Positions 1 to 10,189 of a stretch of 20,000 bases of DNA are shown here, one piece after another. The DNA comes from Halorussus marinus. Its GTDB lineage: Archaea > Halobacteriota > Halobacteria > Halobacteriales > Haladaptataceae. The notes below the pieces were generated by a model. It ran no database searches. It was not told the DNA's origin and saw only the letters and a list, made by a program, of their open reading frames with translations. The stretch spans positions 55,351 to 75,350 of the forward strand of contig NZ_SBIV01000011.1 of assembly GCF_004765795.1 (NCBI RefSeq). Reading direction: 5' to 3'. Every line of letters begins with the position of its first letter. The first letter of the stretch is position 1. The position numbers and the translations under genes were made by a program.

Positions 1-1
1 G

Positions 2-1042
2 GCGGAATCGACGACTGTCACTGGATTCGGCGACGACCCCGCGATTCGGGAACTCCTCGCTGCCGTCCGGTATCTTGCTGCCGACGACGAGGATGAAGTG
101 CCCGACCGCGCCCCGGAGATCGATACAGAGCGCTTAGACCGTGTCCACGAGATGGACAGCCTCGAAGATGGGCTTCGCTGGTGGGCGACTGACTCGGGAT
201 TGAAAGAGCGAATTGCGGAACGCGCGACCCCGCTGGACGCGCGGGCGCAGTTCGGGAACGTCAAGCGGGCGTTTCGGATGGCCGAGCTCCTCGAAGACAC
301 TGCGTTCGTGGATGCCACGTGGGAGTCCGTCGAGGAGATGCTCGAACGCGCCCACGAGTACGCACCGCAACAAAACCAGACGAGTGCGACGGATCTCAAC
401 GGCGGCGTCCGCGTCGATCACTTGCAAGCCATCAAGAACGAATCGTTCCGCGCGGTGTTTCTCGTGAATCTCGTCGACAGTGAGTACCCGGGTGACCCGT
501 TCCTGACGCGGTTGTTCCCGACCGAGCGGGTCGCGGCGATGCCGGACTACCCTGGCGTCACGGAGCTCGACGAACCGGACGTAGATGCGACGTTCCCGAC
601 GACGTCGACGGCGTCGAGCCGGCCGTTCGCCCGGTACCACACGGAACACGCGCGGCGACGCTTAGCGATTGGGGCTGATGCTGCCGACGAGCACCTGTAC
701 TGTTGTCTGTACGAATTCGAAGACACTGCGCTGGAAGAGCGTGCGCAGGCGTCGCGGTTCCTCACAGAGGCGTACGACCGCCTCCCGTGGGTCACCGACG
801 CCGACGACCCACACATCACGAGCGAGCAAGCGGCAGAGGACTTCCTGTTGTCGCGGGTTGACGACGCGCTCGCCCAAGTGCGGCGCGCAAACAGTCAGGA
901 CCTGACGGTGTCGCTTGACGAGCTAGAAGCGGAGCTCGGCGAGATCCAGGACCTGCTTGATCAGAGCGGAGCGCGTGGCGAGGACCTCCGGAAGGCATTG
1001 CGTGCGCGCGTCGAGTTCGCTAACGGGGAGGTGCGGCGATGA
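2..1042 (+). CDS. Degenerate UvrD-like helicase subunit (AdnA/AddB-like), 5'-truncated by the window edge
   Basis: Frame is open from position 2 (AESTTVTGFGDDPAIRELL...). VRVDHLQAIKNESFRAVFLVNLVDSEYP and EHARRRLAIGADAADEHLY resemble decayed SF1 motifs V/VI (TIHKSKGLEFPVVF; EERRLFYVAMTRA). Stop overlaps the next start (ATGA 1039-1042). Confidence 0.7.
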   Translation, partial: AESTTVTGFGDDPAIRELLAAVRYLAADDEDEVPDRAPEIDTERLDRVHEMDSLEDGLRWWATDSGLKERIAERATPLDARAQFGNVKRAFRMAELLEDTAFVDATWESVEEMLERAHEYAPQQNQTSATDLNGGVRVDHLQAIKNESFRAVFLVNLVDSEYPGDPFLTRLFPTERVAAMPDYPGVTELDEPDVDATFPTTSTASSRPFARYHTEHARRRLAIGADAADEHLYCCLYEFEDTALEERAQASRFLTEAYDRLPWVTDADDPHITSEQAAEDFLLSRVDDALAQVRRANSQDLTVSLDELEAELGEIQDLLDQSGARGEDLRKALRARVEFANGEVRR

Positions 1043-1944
1043 GCCAGGAGTCGCTCTCACCGTCGGCGTTAGCCACGTACGCGACGTGTCCACGACTGTA
1101 CGACTACAGAGAAGTTCAAGACGTGAACGCCCCGGACCGAACCGAACTCTACCTCAACCAGGGGACGATCTACCACGAGACAATCGAGGACGTGTGTGAG
1201 GCGACCGACCGCGACGACCCACCAGAGGTGATTCACGACCGGGCCATGCGGATTTTCGATGCGAAGTGGGACGAACACAGTAGCGCCGACGACTATGAAT
1301 CACGCGCACACCGGGAGTACCAGCGTGCTGAGAACCGGGCTGCTATCGAGTCGTTCTTCGCGCCCGATGGCGGCGTCGGTATCAGCCACGCCCGTCGCTC
1401 AATCGCCACCGAGTGCTGGGTAGAGTGCGAAGTAGATGGGCGAGGACTCCACGGGAAAGCAGACAACGTCATCCGGACGGACGACGGCCTGCACATCTTC
1501 GACTACAAGCGGAAAACCCACGGGATGCTCTCCGACGGGACAGCTGAGTATCTCGGCGAGCATCTCGACGGGGAGGCCCACGAGCCGAAGCGTGTGCGGA
1601 ATGCGTTCCAGACGGCAGCGTACATCGAGGGCGTGAAGAACGAACCGTTCTACGAGGACGGGATGGAGGTCCAGTTCAGTTTCTACGGTCTCCTCAACAG
1701 CACGTCGTTCGAGAGTACCCCTACCGGGTACGATGTGTCTGCACGCGGGTGGGGTCGGGAAACGACTGAGATTTACGACGACCACTATGACACAATCTGG
1801 GCGCTCATACGGGATACACACGACGGCATCACGGGCGAGACCTTCGAGCCAGAGCCGTTCGAGCTCATCAACGAGGAGGCGTGCCCGGACTGTGACTATC
1901 GAGAGATGTGTGCTGACCGCTTGTCGACGGAGGTACGCCGATGA
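1039..1944 (+). CDS. PD-(D/E)XK (RecB/Cas4-like) nuclease with probable Fe-S cluster
   Basis: LSPSALATYATCPR, GTIYHETIE, E...LHGKADNV...IFDYK, QTAAY and a C-terminal CPDCDYREMC (1+3 Cys arrangement). ATGA overlaps on both sides. Confidence 0.9.
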   Translation: MSQESLSPSALATYATCPRLYDYREVQDVNAPDRTELYLNQGTIYHETIEDVCEATDRDDPPEVIHDRAMRIFDAKWDEHSSADDYESRAHREYQRAENRAAIESFFAPDGGVGISHARRSIATECWVECEVDGRGLHGKADNVIRTDDGLHIFDYKRKTHGMLSDGTAEYLGEHLDGEAHEPKRVRNAFQTAAYIEGVKNEPFYEDGMEVQFSFYGLLNSTSFESTPTGYDVSARGWGRETTEIYDDHYDTIWALIRDTHDGITGETFEPEPFELINEEACPDCDYREMCADRLSTEVRR

Positions 1945-4900
1945 GCGACGACAGTGACGAGCACCCGTCGTGGTTCCCTGTCCCGGAAGAGGACGTCTCC
2001 CCGGAGCCCCAGCAGCGGACGATTATCAACTCCGACGCGTACCCGATGCGTGTGCTCGCCGGGGCAGGGACGGGGAAGACGTTCACGATGGTGCGGAAGA
2101 TCGAGCACCTCATCGACGAGGAGGACGTGTCGCCGGACCGGATTCTCGCGTTGACGTTCACGAACAACGCCGCGGACTCGATGCGTGAAAAACTCAACGC
2201 GAAACTCGGCGCGGCCGGGTACGACATCGACGCGTACACGTACCACTCCATCTGTAACGAGATCCTCACCGACTACGCGTACGAAGCTGGGATCGATCCG
2301 GATTTCGAGGTCGCCACGGACGCCGAGAAGTACGCCATCGTGCTGGACGTCCTGGACGACATCGAATACCGGTCTGTGAAACCAAACGTGTACGGGAGCG
2401 ACGGGTACGCGTCAGGGGCCGCGTCGAAGCTGCTCAACTTCATCGGGTCGATGAAGCGCAGCGGCATCACGCCCGACGACATCGACGCGTTCCTCGGCCC
2501 TGCTGACCGCGTCTACGAACTCGCCGACCTCTCGGAGCGCGTCGAAAACATCGCCAGCGATCATCTGGGCGGCCGGTCCGTGTCAAGCGTGCTGGATTCG
2601 CTTCCAGACGCGCGTGCTGACCTTGTCGCTGAGCGCGACGCACTCGGGACCCAGGGTATCGAAGCCAGCGTCCGCGACTTCCTCGACCGCATCATCGAGC
2701 TTTGCGACGAGTTGGAAGCAGCGTTCGAAGCCCACGAGGCGGGCGACCAAGCGTTGCCGGACAACGCGTACAAGCTCCCGAAGTATCTGCTTGGAGGGTA
2801 CGCGAACGGTGCGCCGAAGGGGATTCCGGACGATCTTGACCTCGAACTCACGGAGCATCTCGACTCGTTCCTCTCGGACTGTCTCACGGCCCGTGACCTG
2901 ACAGCGGGCTATGCGGCGTATGAGCGTGAACTCGACGAGCGGAACCTCATCGACTTCGACGGCCTCGTCGTGGAGACGGCCGCACTGATGGACTCGCCGG
3001 TCGGCGAGGAAATCGCTGACCGGTGGGACTACGTATTCTGTGACGAGTTCCAGGACACCGACCGGCTGCAGTTCGATCTCGTCACGTCGCTGGTCACCGA
3101 CGACAACCTGTTCGTCGTCGGTGACGACGATCAGGCGATCTACGAGTGGCGTGGCGCGAACGTCGCCAACATCACCGACGAACTCGACCGCGCGTTCGCC
3201 GCACTTGAAGATGAACCGTTAGAAGAGAACTTCCGGTCCCGACAGCCGATCCTCAACCTGGCGAACGAAGCAATTCAGAAGCTCGACCACCGCGAACGAC
3301 ACAAGACACTGAAACGCGTCAACGAACCCGCCTACGACGGCGACACCGTCGCAACCGTCGAACTGCCGGACGAGGACGATGCGGACGGCGCGACCCAGCT
3401 TCGCACCGTCGTCCAGAATCTGCTGAGCGGCGCAGCAGACAACCTCGAGGAGGCGTACAACCCGGGCGACATCGCGTTACTCGTTCGGAAGAACGACCAC
3501 GCGACGCCGGTCATCGAGGAGTTCGAGGATGCCGGCATCCCGTACCAAGTTGCTGGTGATCTGGCTACGGAATCAGTCGGCGTCGGCACCGTGACTGCCT
3601 ACCTGAAGGCGCTCGCGCGGCCCGAAGACGAGGTGAGTTGGAATCGCGTCCTCCTGATGCGGTACCGGCTCTGCGATGCGGACCTCCGGACGCTCAACGC
3701 GGGCGACGACCCGCTCGTGGACACACTGTGCGGGACGCCGCTCGACGAGTTCGAGGAACCCGACCGCGTCGCAGAAGCCCGCGAGCACGCCACGGAACTA
3801 CTCGAACTCCGCGACTCAGCGTCGCTCAGTCACCTGTACCGCGAACTTACGGACATCACGAACATCGAGTGGTACCTCAGCGAACAGGAACGCCGGGATC
3901 TCGCCCAACTGGAGGATGTCATCGAACAGTACGGGGATAGTGCCGTCCAACCACCGCTCACCCCGGAGTTCATCGACTCGCTCGAACACTACGACTCCCT
4001 GTTCGACGAGAGCGGCTCGACACCGACGAGTCAGCCGGACGTCGCCGACGACGCGGTCAACGTGATGACCATCCACAAGAGCAAGGGCCTGGACTTCCCG
4101 GTCGTCCTCATCCCGCAAGTCACGGCCGACGAGTGGGCACCGAGCTCACGTACCTACGACGCACTCGAAACGGGGCTCTCGGATGGCGCGGAGGCGGCGT
4201 TCGCCGAGGACTTCGTCGAGCGTGACGGGCGTGAAACCCGGCGCGTGTTCCACGTCGGAATCACGCGCGCCGAAGACGTCCTCGTCCTCCAGGGCGGCAT
4301 CGAGGACGACGACGATGCTGCGGACGTGCACCCGGTTTCAGAGGCCGTCGACGAGATTCTCCCAGCCCGAATCCCGTGGCAGCCAGCGCGCGGGCAGCTC
4401 CCGCTCTGGACCGACGTTCAGGAGTGTCTCCCGGATGATGCGGCAGATTGGACAGACACGCTGGCAAGCGAGACTGTCGGGCGCGTTGGAGGGACCGTCA
4501 CTCACGACGGCGACGAACTCGCAGTCGAAGCTGCGCGCGACCGCGTGCTAGACCTCGCAACAGCCACCCTCAACGGAGATCTCTCACCGGGGGCCGAGCG
4601 AGAGACACTCCAAGTGACGTCGCTGAACGGCCCGTCGACACCGTCACCATCGCTCTCGCACAGCTACACGTCGCTGGCAGCCTACGAGGAATGCCCGCGG
4701 AGCCACTACCTAGACTACGTGGTCAACGCATTCCCCGACTATCAGGATGCGACGAATGAAGCCCGGGATGGTGTTTCGCAACGTGAGATCGGGTTGCTGT
4801 TCCACGACACTGCAGAGCAAGCCGCGAACCAAGCTGTGGACCGGGGTGCGGAGTGGTACGAAATCTGTGAGCGCCTCGCCAGTCAACGCCGAGCCGAGGA

Positions 4901-5396
4901 CGCGCTCCCGGCGGCGAAACAGTGTATCGACCGGTACTTCGAATTAGACTTCCCCAGCTACGAGCTGATCGATGCGGAGCGAGAGTTCGAACTCGACATC
5001 GATGGGCACGAACTCGTCGGATACATCGACGCCGTCTACCGGACGCCAGACGATGAGTTGCTCGTCATCGACTACAAGGCCACCGAACGTCACCGCGACC
5101 TGGAGGACGACAAGCAACTCCCGATCTACCTGTTGGCATGTCGTGACCTGTACGATGAGTCCGTCGCACGTGCGGGGTACGCCTATGTCGGTGAGATAGG
5201 GCCGACGGTCGAGTCCCGAACATTCAGCGACGGTGACCTGGCGGCGGTCAGGGACGACGTGACGGCGTCGATGACCCGTATTGCCGAGTTCTCCTTCGGT
5301 CGGTACACTGCTGGTGACCACTGTCAGTGGTGTCAACACAACCAACTGGCCTGCGCGCCGGATTCGTTCACGGTCGGACCAGGATTCGAGGAGTGA
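1941..5396 (+). CDS. UvrD/REP SF1 helicase fused to a C-terminal PD-(D/E)XK nuclease (AdnB/AddA-like)
   Basis: Walker A AGAGTGKT, LTFTNNAA, DEFQDT, VVGDDDQAIYEWRG, ENFRS, MTIHKSKGLDFP, VGITRA. C-terminus has SYTSLAAYEECP, GYIDAVY, IDYK, QLPIY and CQWC...C. Confidence 0.95.
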   Translation: MSDDSDEHPSWFPVPEEDVSPEPQQRTIINSDAYPMRVLAGAGTGKTFTMVRKIEHLIDEEDVSPDRILALTFTNNAADSMREKLNAKLGAAGYDIDAYTYHSICNEILTDYAYEAGIDPDFEVATDAEKYAIVLDVLDDIEYRSVKPNVYGSDGYASGAASKLLNFIGSMKRSGITPDDIDAFLGPADRVYELADLSERVENIASDHLGGRSVSSVLDSLPDARADLVAERDALGTQGIEASVRDFLDRIIELCDELEAAFEAHEAGDQALPDNAYKLPKYLLGGYANGAPKGIPDDLDLELTEHLDSFLSDCLTARDLTAGYAAYERELDERNLIDFDGLVVETAALMDSPVGEEIADRWDYVFCDEFQDTDRLQFDLVTSLVTDDNLFVVGDDDQAIYEWRGANVANITDELDRAFAALEDEPLEENFRSRQPILNLANEAIQKLDHRERHKTLKRVNEPAYDGDTVATVELPDEDDADGATQLRTVVQNLLSGAADNLEEAYNPGDIALLVRKNDHATPVIEEFEDAGIPYQVAGDLATESVGVGTVTAYLKALARPEDEVSWNRVLLMRYRLCDADLRTLNAGDDPLVDTLCGTPLDEFEEPDRVAEAREHATELLELRDSASLSHLYRELTDITNIEWYLSEQERRDLAQLEDVIEQYGDSAVQPPLTPEFIDSLEHYDSLFDESGSTPTSQPDVADDAVNVMTIHKSKGLDFPVVLIPQVTADEWAPSSRTYDALETGLSDGAEAAFAEDFVERDGRETRRVFHVGITRAEDVLVLQGGIEDDDDAADVHPVSEAVDEILPARIPWQPARGQLPLWTDVQECLPDDAADWTDTLASETVGRVGGTVTHDGDELAVEAARDRVLDLATATLNGDLSPGAERETLQVTSLNGPSTPSPSLSHSYTSLAAYEECPRSHYLDYVVNAFPDYQDATNEARDGVSQREIGLLFHDTAEQAANQAVDRGAEWYEICERLASQRRAEDALPAAKQCIDRYFELDFPSYELIDAEREFELDIDGHELVGYIDAVYRTPDDELLVIDYKATERHRDLEDDKQLPIYLLACRDLYDESVARAGYAYVGEIGPTVESRTFSDGDLAAVRDDVTASMTRIAEFSFGRYTAGDHCQWCQHNQLACAPDSFTVGPGFEE

Positions 5397-5570
5397 CAGT
5401 CAAAACCGCGCGATTGGACTGACGGACGGTCTTCCGGTCTCTCCAGCCCTGATTCGCTTGCATATGTCGCCAGGCTTGGTTCGGGACGCTGTTCGCAGTC
5501 CGAGCAACTGTCGGGTGGACCTGGGTGACCGAGTGTTTAGGTCATTATCGCAGTAATCATTACTCAAAGT

Positions 5571-5700
5571 ATGATCGTCTACGACCGGGAGGTGGAACTC
5601 GATACCTTCACCGACGCAGTGGAGTTCCCAGGCTCGGACTTCATCTTCGTGTATGGGCGACGTTGAGTCGGGAAGACCTCGTCGAGAGCCTACGAACGAA
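5571..5700 (+). pseudogene. Remnant of an archaeal AAA-type ATPase (ATPase_2/DUF234-like) N-terminus
   Basis: ATG at 5571 reads MIVYDREVELDTFTDAVEFPGSDFIFVYGRR*VGKT. The typical YGRRRVGKT Walker A is interrupted by an in-frame TGA at 5664-5666 and similarity is lost shortly after. Confidence 0.75.
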
Positions 5701-6156
5701 GGCCGAGCACGTCCCCTGGGGGACCGGCTGACCGGGACGAACGGTTCGCCCGTTCTCGAAAAATAGATACGCCAACGGACTCGAAGACCACCTCGACGAC
5801 TCCTGGTCCCTGTTCAGCGTACCGGACATCGACGATCCCCTCACGGCGTATTGAGTACTCCGGCCTCCGGTCCAGAGAGCGTCTGGTTGAGTCGTTTTGA
5901 TGCGTGTCGCCTTCCAGATTCCGCACCTCCTCGGTGCTGTACTGGCATTCCAAAGGTTTCATCGAGGAAGGTAGGGATTCCCGGTGATGCGCGCGGTGTG
6001 TTGAGCGCTCCACCGTCTTTTCGCGGGTGAAGTAGTTCCCATATTGTCACTATCGGCGATATGGTCGTGCTGTCAGTCGGACAGCCATGCCGTGAATCCG
6101 GATTCGTGCTTCTAACGCCCTGTGGCGTTAGAAATATCGAGTTCTCAGGGCGAGGG

Positions 6157-6168
6157 TTTTTATTTAAC
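6157..6168 (+). promoter_or_regulatory. Probable TATA box for a leaderless transcript
   Basis: AT-rich TTTTTATTTAA about 25-30 nt upstream of ATG 6190. Confidence 0.5.
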
Positions 6169-6189
6169 CATGTAATTTCCAGGTCTACG

Positions 6190-6504
6190 ATGCAACGCGT
6201 CATCGACCGGAAACTGTACGACACGGACCGAGCCGAACAGATCGCCCAGTATGCTCCAAACGCGGATCGAGGTGACCTCTACTACCTCATCGAAACGCTA
6301 TACCGGACCGCAGGCGGGGAGTACTTCCTCCACTGTGAGGGCGGTGCGGCAACCAAATACGCCAAGTCGTGTAGCGGGGGCGGTACGACAGGCGGTGCGG
6401 AAATCAACTCTCTCGATGAGGAAGCGGCGCTGGACTGGTGCGAAGAACGCGGCATTGACGGCGAGATCGTCGTCGAGGAATTCGGACACCTGATCGAAAC
6501 GTAG
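6190..6504 (+). CDS. Small acidic hypothetical protein (104 aa)
   Basis: Likely start ATG 6190 (MQRVIDRKLYDTDRAEQIA...ETLYRTAGGEYFLHCEGG). Haloarchaeal composition and an upstream TATA. The ORF-track extension to 6061 looks non-coding. Confidence 0.75.
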   Translation: MQRVIDRKLYDTDRAEQIAQYAPNADRGDLYYLIETLYRTAGGEYFLHCEGGAATKYAKSCSGGGTTGGAEINSLDEEAALDWCEERGIDGEIVVEEFGHLIET

Positions 6505-6543
6505 CGTCGGTCAGCGGCTGCCTCGGAAACCACTCCTCTCTGA

Positions 6544-9033
6544 GTGGCTGGCGTACTGCGGATCGTGCCCGCAGCGAGGTATGTGAGAGACCCAAAAGAA
6601 ACTAACCGGCTTCACCGCCGGGGAACCAGTAGCGACGCTCGTCCGTATCCGCCAACCCCTGTCCCGTCCCCGATAACGAGCGGCGGGACAGCCCACTCAC
6701 CGGTCGCTCCAGTAGGGTTGGACGCACGGCGGCGTGAACAGGTAGACACCGTCATCCAGCGGTTGACGAGCGACGGACACGAGATTCCAGCACCGTTTTC
6801 GAAGCGAGAGCTGTACCAGACTGCTGCAGACGTTGGAATCGAGGTGTGGAAACCCGCAGTAAAGAACCGAGTCACCGAGCGTGTACTCGACCGACTCAGC
6901 TACGAGTGGGACTCAGCCTCTCGAACCTTCGCACCGGTCGTCACGGATGAACTCATCGAAGACATTCACCGAGCAGCAGACACCATCAGTCCAGCATTCG
7001 ACCCGAAACTGTCCGAGTCGCTCCACAAACAACTCCAGGAGTGGTGCGAACTGCACGGAATCGGGTCGATAGAAACAGGGGCGGTACAGAGAACTGTTGC
7101 GCGACACGCCATCCTGAGTGTTCTTCTAAAAGCGACGGTGTACGAGTGGTACCGGTGTCACGGCGTTGTTCCACCACTCACCAATTCGGTACAACAGGCG
7201 TTTCACAACGCACGGAAGCAGACACTAGACAGAACGTTCGATCAGTTCGTTCTTGACCACGTCGCGGAACTGGCTGATGAGGACCTCCTGGAATCTACGT
7301 TGGCTCACCGGGATCGATTGCTCTTCTCACCCCAGCCAACGGAAGAGATTGGGAAGCTCTACGCGGAGCTAACACCGAGCGAGTATCGACAGTCACTCGG
7401 GCAGTTTCGGACACCGCCGGAAATTGCAGTGACGATGAAGTCCTGGGCAAACCGCGATGTCGACCACCTTCTCGACCCTGGAATGGGAGCCGGCGTACTA
7501 TCCAGCACGTTTCACCCGCGCTGGAGTCTGAACACTGACCCCACGCACATCGACGGGATCGAACGTAGCCCCCTCGCACGGCTCATGGGCGCGACAGCAC
7601 TCACGTTGGGTGGACAGCTGAATACGCCACGAACACACGACTTCCTCACTCTTGATCCAGACGAACTGCAACACGACATCGGCGGGATCGTGTGCAACCC
7701 CCCATACACGAGCGGGGACGCGCTCCCGAAAGAGTACAAAGAACAGATCAACGCCGACATAGAGCAATCGACAGGAATCGACGTCAGTGCGCGATCACCA
7801 CTCTACACGTACTTCATGTACCACAGTCGGTCGTTCCTATCTTCGGGCGACCGTGCAGCGTTCCTCACGCCGGATAGTTTCCTCACGACAGCCTACGGCG
7901 ACTCACTCAAACAGTTCCTACTTGACGAGTTTTCCATCACTGCTCTCGTCCAGTTCGACCCCGAAGGCGAGTCGGTCTTCGAGGACGCCCAAGTCACCGC
8001 ACTCGCTTGCTTCTTAGAAGCAAGTTCTGGCGGTAACGAGGGGGTGACGCGCTTCATTCGCGTGGACGAGTCCATCGATTCGAGTACGCTTCGTAACGCA
8101 GTGCAGAATGGGGAGCAGGGTGAGACTGAGTGGGGATTCATCAATCACGTGCCGCAAGCGGATCTCGTACCCCGGCAAAACTGGGCAGCACTATTCGATC
8201 CCTGCGACGTAGATACAAGCGAGCTGACTGAGCTCGGCGAGTTCGTCACGATCCACCGCGGGAAGTCCACCGGCGATGTAACCTTTTTCTGCCTGACCCA
8301 GGACGAAGTCGACGAGTCCGGAATCTCTGAGAAACACTTGTCTCAACTCATTCGCCAACCAAAGCTCGTCCAGGGGTACGATTTCCGTGGAGAAGATTGG
8401 GAGAAATTACAGGCTGCTGGTGAGGAGGTGTGGCTACTAGACCCAGACAAACTACCAGAAGTCCAGAAGTCACGGGAGGACTTCGAGAAGCAAGTGCTAT
8501 TCAACGCTGACTCGCTCCCAAGGAACAGCAACGGCGAGGTGCCGAACGTCGTTTCGTATCTACAGGATAGCGTCTACCGGACCAATCCGCTCGGAGCGAA
8601 CGTAATCGAGAACCGCCCGTACTGGTATCGCCCCCGTCGACAAGCCTCACCTCGGTTCTTGGTGCAAGACGCCGGTCGAGACGGCTTCACGTTCATCCTC
8701 AACGAGACAACGGCGAGAAACATCAACAACTTCCGTGGATTCTACGACGTGTCCCTTGATGAAACTGAGCTGAAAGCGTTGCTCGCATACCTAAATAGCA
8801 ACATCGGACAGCAGGTGATCCAAGCACAGACACAACCGCAGCAAGGCGGCTACGAGAAACTCAGCATCAACGCGCTCAACGAACTCCCAGTTATCGATCC
8901 GACATCTCTCAAAGAACCTATCGTGGCGACTCTAGCCGACCTATTCGACGAGTTGTGCGAAACTGCCAGAGAAAATGGCGATTGTGAATCGGTGTTAGAG
9001 CGTCTCAACAGTCTGCTCCAGCAAGTGATCTGA
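6544..9033 (+). CDS. N6-adenine DNA methyltransferase (gamma class, Eco57I/TaqI-like) with C-terminal target-recognition region; start uncertain
   Basis: LGQFRTPPEIA (motif X), LLDPGMGAG (motif I), IVCNPPY (motif IV), LYTYF, YGDSLKQFLL, VFEDA. C-terminus ALLAYLNS...GGYEKL...LNELPV resembles a TRD. Confidence 0.88.
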   Translation: MAGVLRIVPAARYVRDPKETNRLHRRGTSSDARPYPPTPVPSPITSGGTAHSPVAPVGLDARRREQVDTVIQRLTSDGHEIPAPFSKRELYQTAADVGIEVWKPAVKNRVTERVLDRLSYEWDSASRTFAPVVTDELIEDIHRAADTISPAFDPKLSESLHKQLQEWCELHGIGSIETGAVQRTVARHAILSVLLKATVYEWYRCHGVVPPLTNSVQQAFHNARKQTLDRTFDQFVLDHVAELADEDLLESTLAHRDRLLFSPQPTEEIGKLYAELTPSEYRQSLGQFRTPPEIAVTMKSWANRDVDHLLDPGMGAGVLSSTFHPRWSLNTDPTHIDGIERSPLARLMGATALTLGGQLNTPRTHDFLTLDPDELQHDIGGIVCNPPYTSGDALPKEYKEQINADIEQSTGIDVSARSPLYTYFMYHSRSFLSSGDRAAFLTPDSFLTTAYGDSLKQFLLDEFSITALVQFDPEGESVFEDAQVTALACFLEASSGGNEGVTRFIRVDESIDSSTLRNAVQNGEQGETEWGFINHVPQADLVPRQNWAALFDPCDVDTSELTELGEFVTIHRGKSTGDVTFFCLTQDEVDESGISEKHLSQLIRQPKLVQGYDFRGEDWEKLQAAGEEVWLLDPDKLPEVQKSREDFEKQVLFNADSLPRNSNGEVPNVVSYLQDSVYRTNPLGANVIENRPYWYRPRRQASPRFLVQDAGRDGFTFILNETTARNINNFRGFYDVSLDETELKALLAYLNSNIGQQVIQAQTQPQQGGYEKLSINALNELPVIDPTSLKEPIVATLADLFDELCETARENGDCESVLERLNSLLQQVI

Positions 9034-9073
9034 TTGCCTAGTCTGTTTTTCAGCCGAAGAATCGCTCTTTGAG

Positions 9074-10024
9074 CTACGTGACTCCGTACTGTGACTTCAA
9101 CGACTCATACTCGGTAGGATTCGGAAGCACTGTGTCGCCACCACTCCGCTTCTCGACTCCGTCCTTGAGAAACGCATAGAGGTCCGAGACTGTGGATTCC
9201 AAACCGTACCATGTTGCGGTATTGCGTAGCTCTTCCTCGTCGATTTGTACGTGCTCGATGAGGAGGAGCGCGTAGCTCACTCGCCTCGACCCAGTGTCAT
9301 TCACGAGACTGTGACAGACAACTTGGGCAGGCGTGAGGGGCTCATCCGGTGCGTACCAAAACGCCGGTTCACCTGCCAGGAAGAACTGCAGGTCGAATGC
9401 GGCGAACCGCGCAAGCCCAGTCATCTCCCACTCGTCAGCGGCTTCGAGAGCCGCGGTGTCGTCTTTGGTGTGGACGTGGACAAGTGCCCGCTCGGGATCG
9501 AACCACTCGACTGTTGCACTTGGCGCGAGACGCCGGGCACGGGTGCGGTGCTCGTGCAGAATAACGGCTTCTGCGAAGTCGTGTAACGGTTGTAGGCCGG
9601 GGACGAACGCATATTCCGGCCCGGATGGGGAGAGCATCGCGCGATGTTTCAACGGGTCCAACGCGTGGTGGACCGCCTGTCGCGTGATGTCAAGTCGATC
9701 TGCGATTGTCGTTGCGCGTCGAGGTTCATCCAGAAACCAGCAAATGCGGATCGTCGCCGGCGATAGTAAATCTGGCCAGTCGACGTGCCCCAGTTTAGAG
9801 ACCAGGCCTCGGTACGCTTCGATCACGGGGTGGCCAGTAACGCGCAGAAGCCGCTGATTGTGGTGGCCCCTGGACTCGCCAATGAGCCCTTCGGTGCGTA
9901 ACTCGTCGGCCGTCCGGTAGATCTGCGAAGTGCTGAGCCCAGTTTCGTCTGCGAGCTCGTGCACGGTCGCTTCACACCCATCGTGAAGGGCGTCGATGAG
10001 TTCGAGTCCCGCGTTTGTAAGCAC
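9074..10024 (-). CDS. Double winged-HTH (MarR/ArsR-like) DNA-binding protein
   Basis: Two HTH segments (TVHELADETGLSTSQIYRTADELRTEGLI; ATTIADRLDITRQAVHHALDPL). Probable GTG start at 10024 (VLTNAGLELIDAL). ORF track extends to 10093. Confidence 0.8.
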   Translation of the reverse strand: MLTNAGLELIDALHDGCEATVHELADETGLSTSQIYRTADELRTEGLIGESRGHHNQRLLRVTGHPVIEAYRGLVSKLGHVDWPDLLSPATIRICWFLDEPRRATTIADRLDITRQAVHHALDPLKHRAMLSPSGPEYAFVPGLQPLHDFAEAVILHEHRTRARRLAPSATVEWFDPERALVHVHTKDDTAALEAADEWEMTGLARFAAFDLQFFLAGEPAFWYAPDEPLTPAQVVCHSLVNDTGSRRVSYALLLIEHVQIDEEELRNTATWYGLESTVSDLYAFLKDGVEKRSGGDTVLPNPTEYESLKSQYGVT

Positions 10025-10189
10025 TGCTGTAAAATAGAATAGTGAATCAGTAATAAGTGTTATCGGAAATTGATTTACGGTAGCCTGTTCCAATCAGTCA
10101 CTGGTCGAACAGGCGGTGATGGTTTTCGAGCCACTCGATCTCGTGGTACGTCACGTCATCCTGGATGTCGTATTGTGAACTACCCTACC

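Noticed and set aside
134..5345. Antisense and alternate-frame ORFs over the helicase-nuclease genes, and similar ones over tnpB and Ro60 (e.g. 10313-11041, 15997-16830)
   Set aside because: Shadow ORFs typical of high-GC DNA overlapping well-supported genes.
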